From an uncultured Acidobacteriota bacterium (lineage in GTDB: Bacteria; Acidobacteriota; Thermoanaerobaculia; Gp7-AA8), in the NCBI GenBank assembly GCA_963741955.1, contig CAVUKB010000005.1, positions 672,001 through 736,000 of the forward strand: a stretch of 64,000 nt of DNA. Direction: 5' to 3'. This document shows, one piece after another, positions 63,074-64,000 of the stretch; position 1 is the stretch's first letter, and the number at the start of each line of letters is the position of its first letter. The notes under the pieces were generated by a model that saw only the letters and a program-made list of their open reading frames with translations, did not search any database and was not told where the DNA came from. Position numbers and translations under genes: made by a program.

Positions 63074-64000
63074 GATCACTCCCCTACCCGAAGAAAGTCG
63101 AACTGGCCGACATCACGGTCCGCGACGGATTCCAGCACGAGGAGAAGTGGATCCCCACTCCGGCGAAGTTGTGGCTGGCAGAGGAGCTGATCCTCGCCGG
63201 CTACCGGCGCATCGAGGTGACGAACCTCGGCAACCCGAAAGGGATGCCGCAGTTCCGCGACGCGGACACTCTCCTCGAGCAGATCCGGAAGAGCAAACGC
63301 GTCGCGAAGCACATCGGCGAGGTCGAGCTGACCGCCATCACCATCCGTGAGCGAGCGGTCGACCGGGCGATCGAGCTGAAAGAAAAGGGCGTCGGACCGG
63401 ACCGGATCCTGATGATGGTCTCGACGTCCGCGTCGCACATGAAGACGAACTCCGGGCTCGATCACGCCGGCTACTGGGCCGAGGCGGAGCGGTGCATCCG
63501 GAAGGCCCACGACGCGGGGCTGAGGGTGAACGGGACGGTCAGCACGATCTGGGGATGTCCGATCGAAGGACCGACGAAGCTCGAAGACGCGGTGACGTTC
63601 ACGAGGCGCTTCCTCGAGATCGGCGCCGACGACATCGAGCATGCCGACCACGACGGATCCGCTCCTCCGAACAAGGTCTTCGACTACTACTCCATGATCC
63701 TGGACGCGATCCCCGACGTCTCCAGACACGTCGCACACTTCCACGTCACCCGGGGATGGGGACTGGCGAACGTCCTCGCGGCGCTGCAGGCGGGGATCGT
63801 CCGTTTCGAGAGCACGCTCGGCGGGATCGGCGGTCAGCCGGCGAATTTCTTCGATGGCTACCCGGTGGCGGGAACGGGAAAGTATTACTACCAGGATCCG
63901 AACAACGTCGGGCTGGTCTGCACCGAGGATCTGGTGGTGATGCTCGATGAGATGGGGATCGAGACGGGAATCGACGTCGACCGCATCCTTCAGACCGGAC
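63070..64000 (+). CDS. HMG-CoA lyase-like (DRE-TIM, pyruvate carboxyltransferase family), runs off the window
   Basis: Manual translation MRSLPYPKKVELADITVRDGFQHEE...STIWGCP...DHDG...AHFH...GGIGG. Confidence 0.88.
   Translation, partial: MRSLPYPKKVELADITVRDGFQHEEKWIPTPAKLWLAEELILAGYRRIEVTNLGNPKGMPQFRDADTLLEQIRKSKRVAKHIGEVELTAITIRERAVDRAIELKEKGVGPDRILMMVSTSASHMKTNSGLDHAGYWAEAERCIRKAHDAGLRVNGTVSTIWGCPIEGPTKLEDAVTFTRRFLEIGADDIEHADHDGSAPPNKVFDYYSMILDAIPDVSRHVAHFHVTRGWGLANVLAALQAGIVRFESTLGGIGGQPANFFDGYPVAGTGKYYYQDPNNVGLVCTEDLVVMLDEMGIETGIDVDRILQTG

Overview
High-GC bacterial chromosomal window. Gene content and protein style suggest Acidobacteriota, probably Thermoanaerobaculia; this is an inference, no database was searched. 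It carries a large minus-strand aromatic amino-acid operon (aroD-aroE fusion, hisS, trpEGDCFBA, chorismate mutase, DAHP synthase) and a plus-strand methionine operon (metY-metX-homoserine dehydrogenase). Other genes include recO, malate synthase, a deoxyhypusine-synthase-like gene, an ECF sigma/anti-sigma/HEAT cluster, a YtrA-type GntR-ABC operon, pepE, a FadJ-like enzyme, TPR-lipoprotein-ispE-tRNA-Gln, and two toxin-antitoxin loci (one decayed). Main signals outside the gene list: (1) two apparent ribosome-mediated attenuators, each with a sigma70-like promoter, tiny SD-less leader ORF and intrinsic terminator; one reads MTCTRVSFFGYWWWHLTH before the aro/his/trp operon, the other MKPTFASFSMCPMCMRACSSERV before the met operon; (2) a REP-associated tyrosine transposase inside an 11-unit, 179-bp multi-hairpin tandem array, with a diverged covarying copy elsewhere; (3) a REP doublet inserted in frame inside trpF; (4) several other REP arrays and strand-polarised heptamer tracts; (5) repeated leaderless-type promoter geometry.
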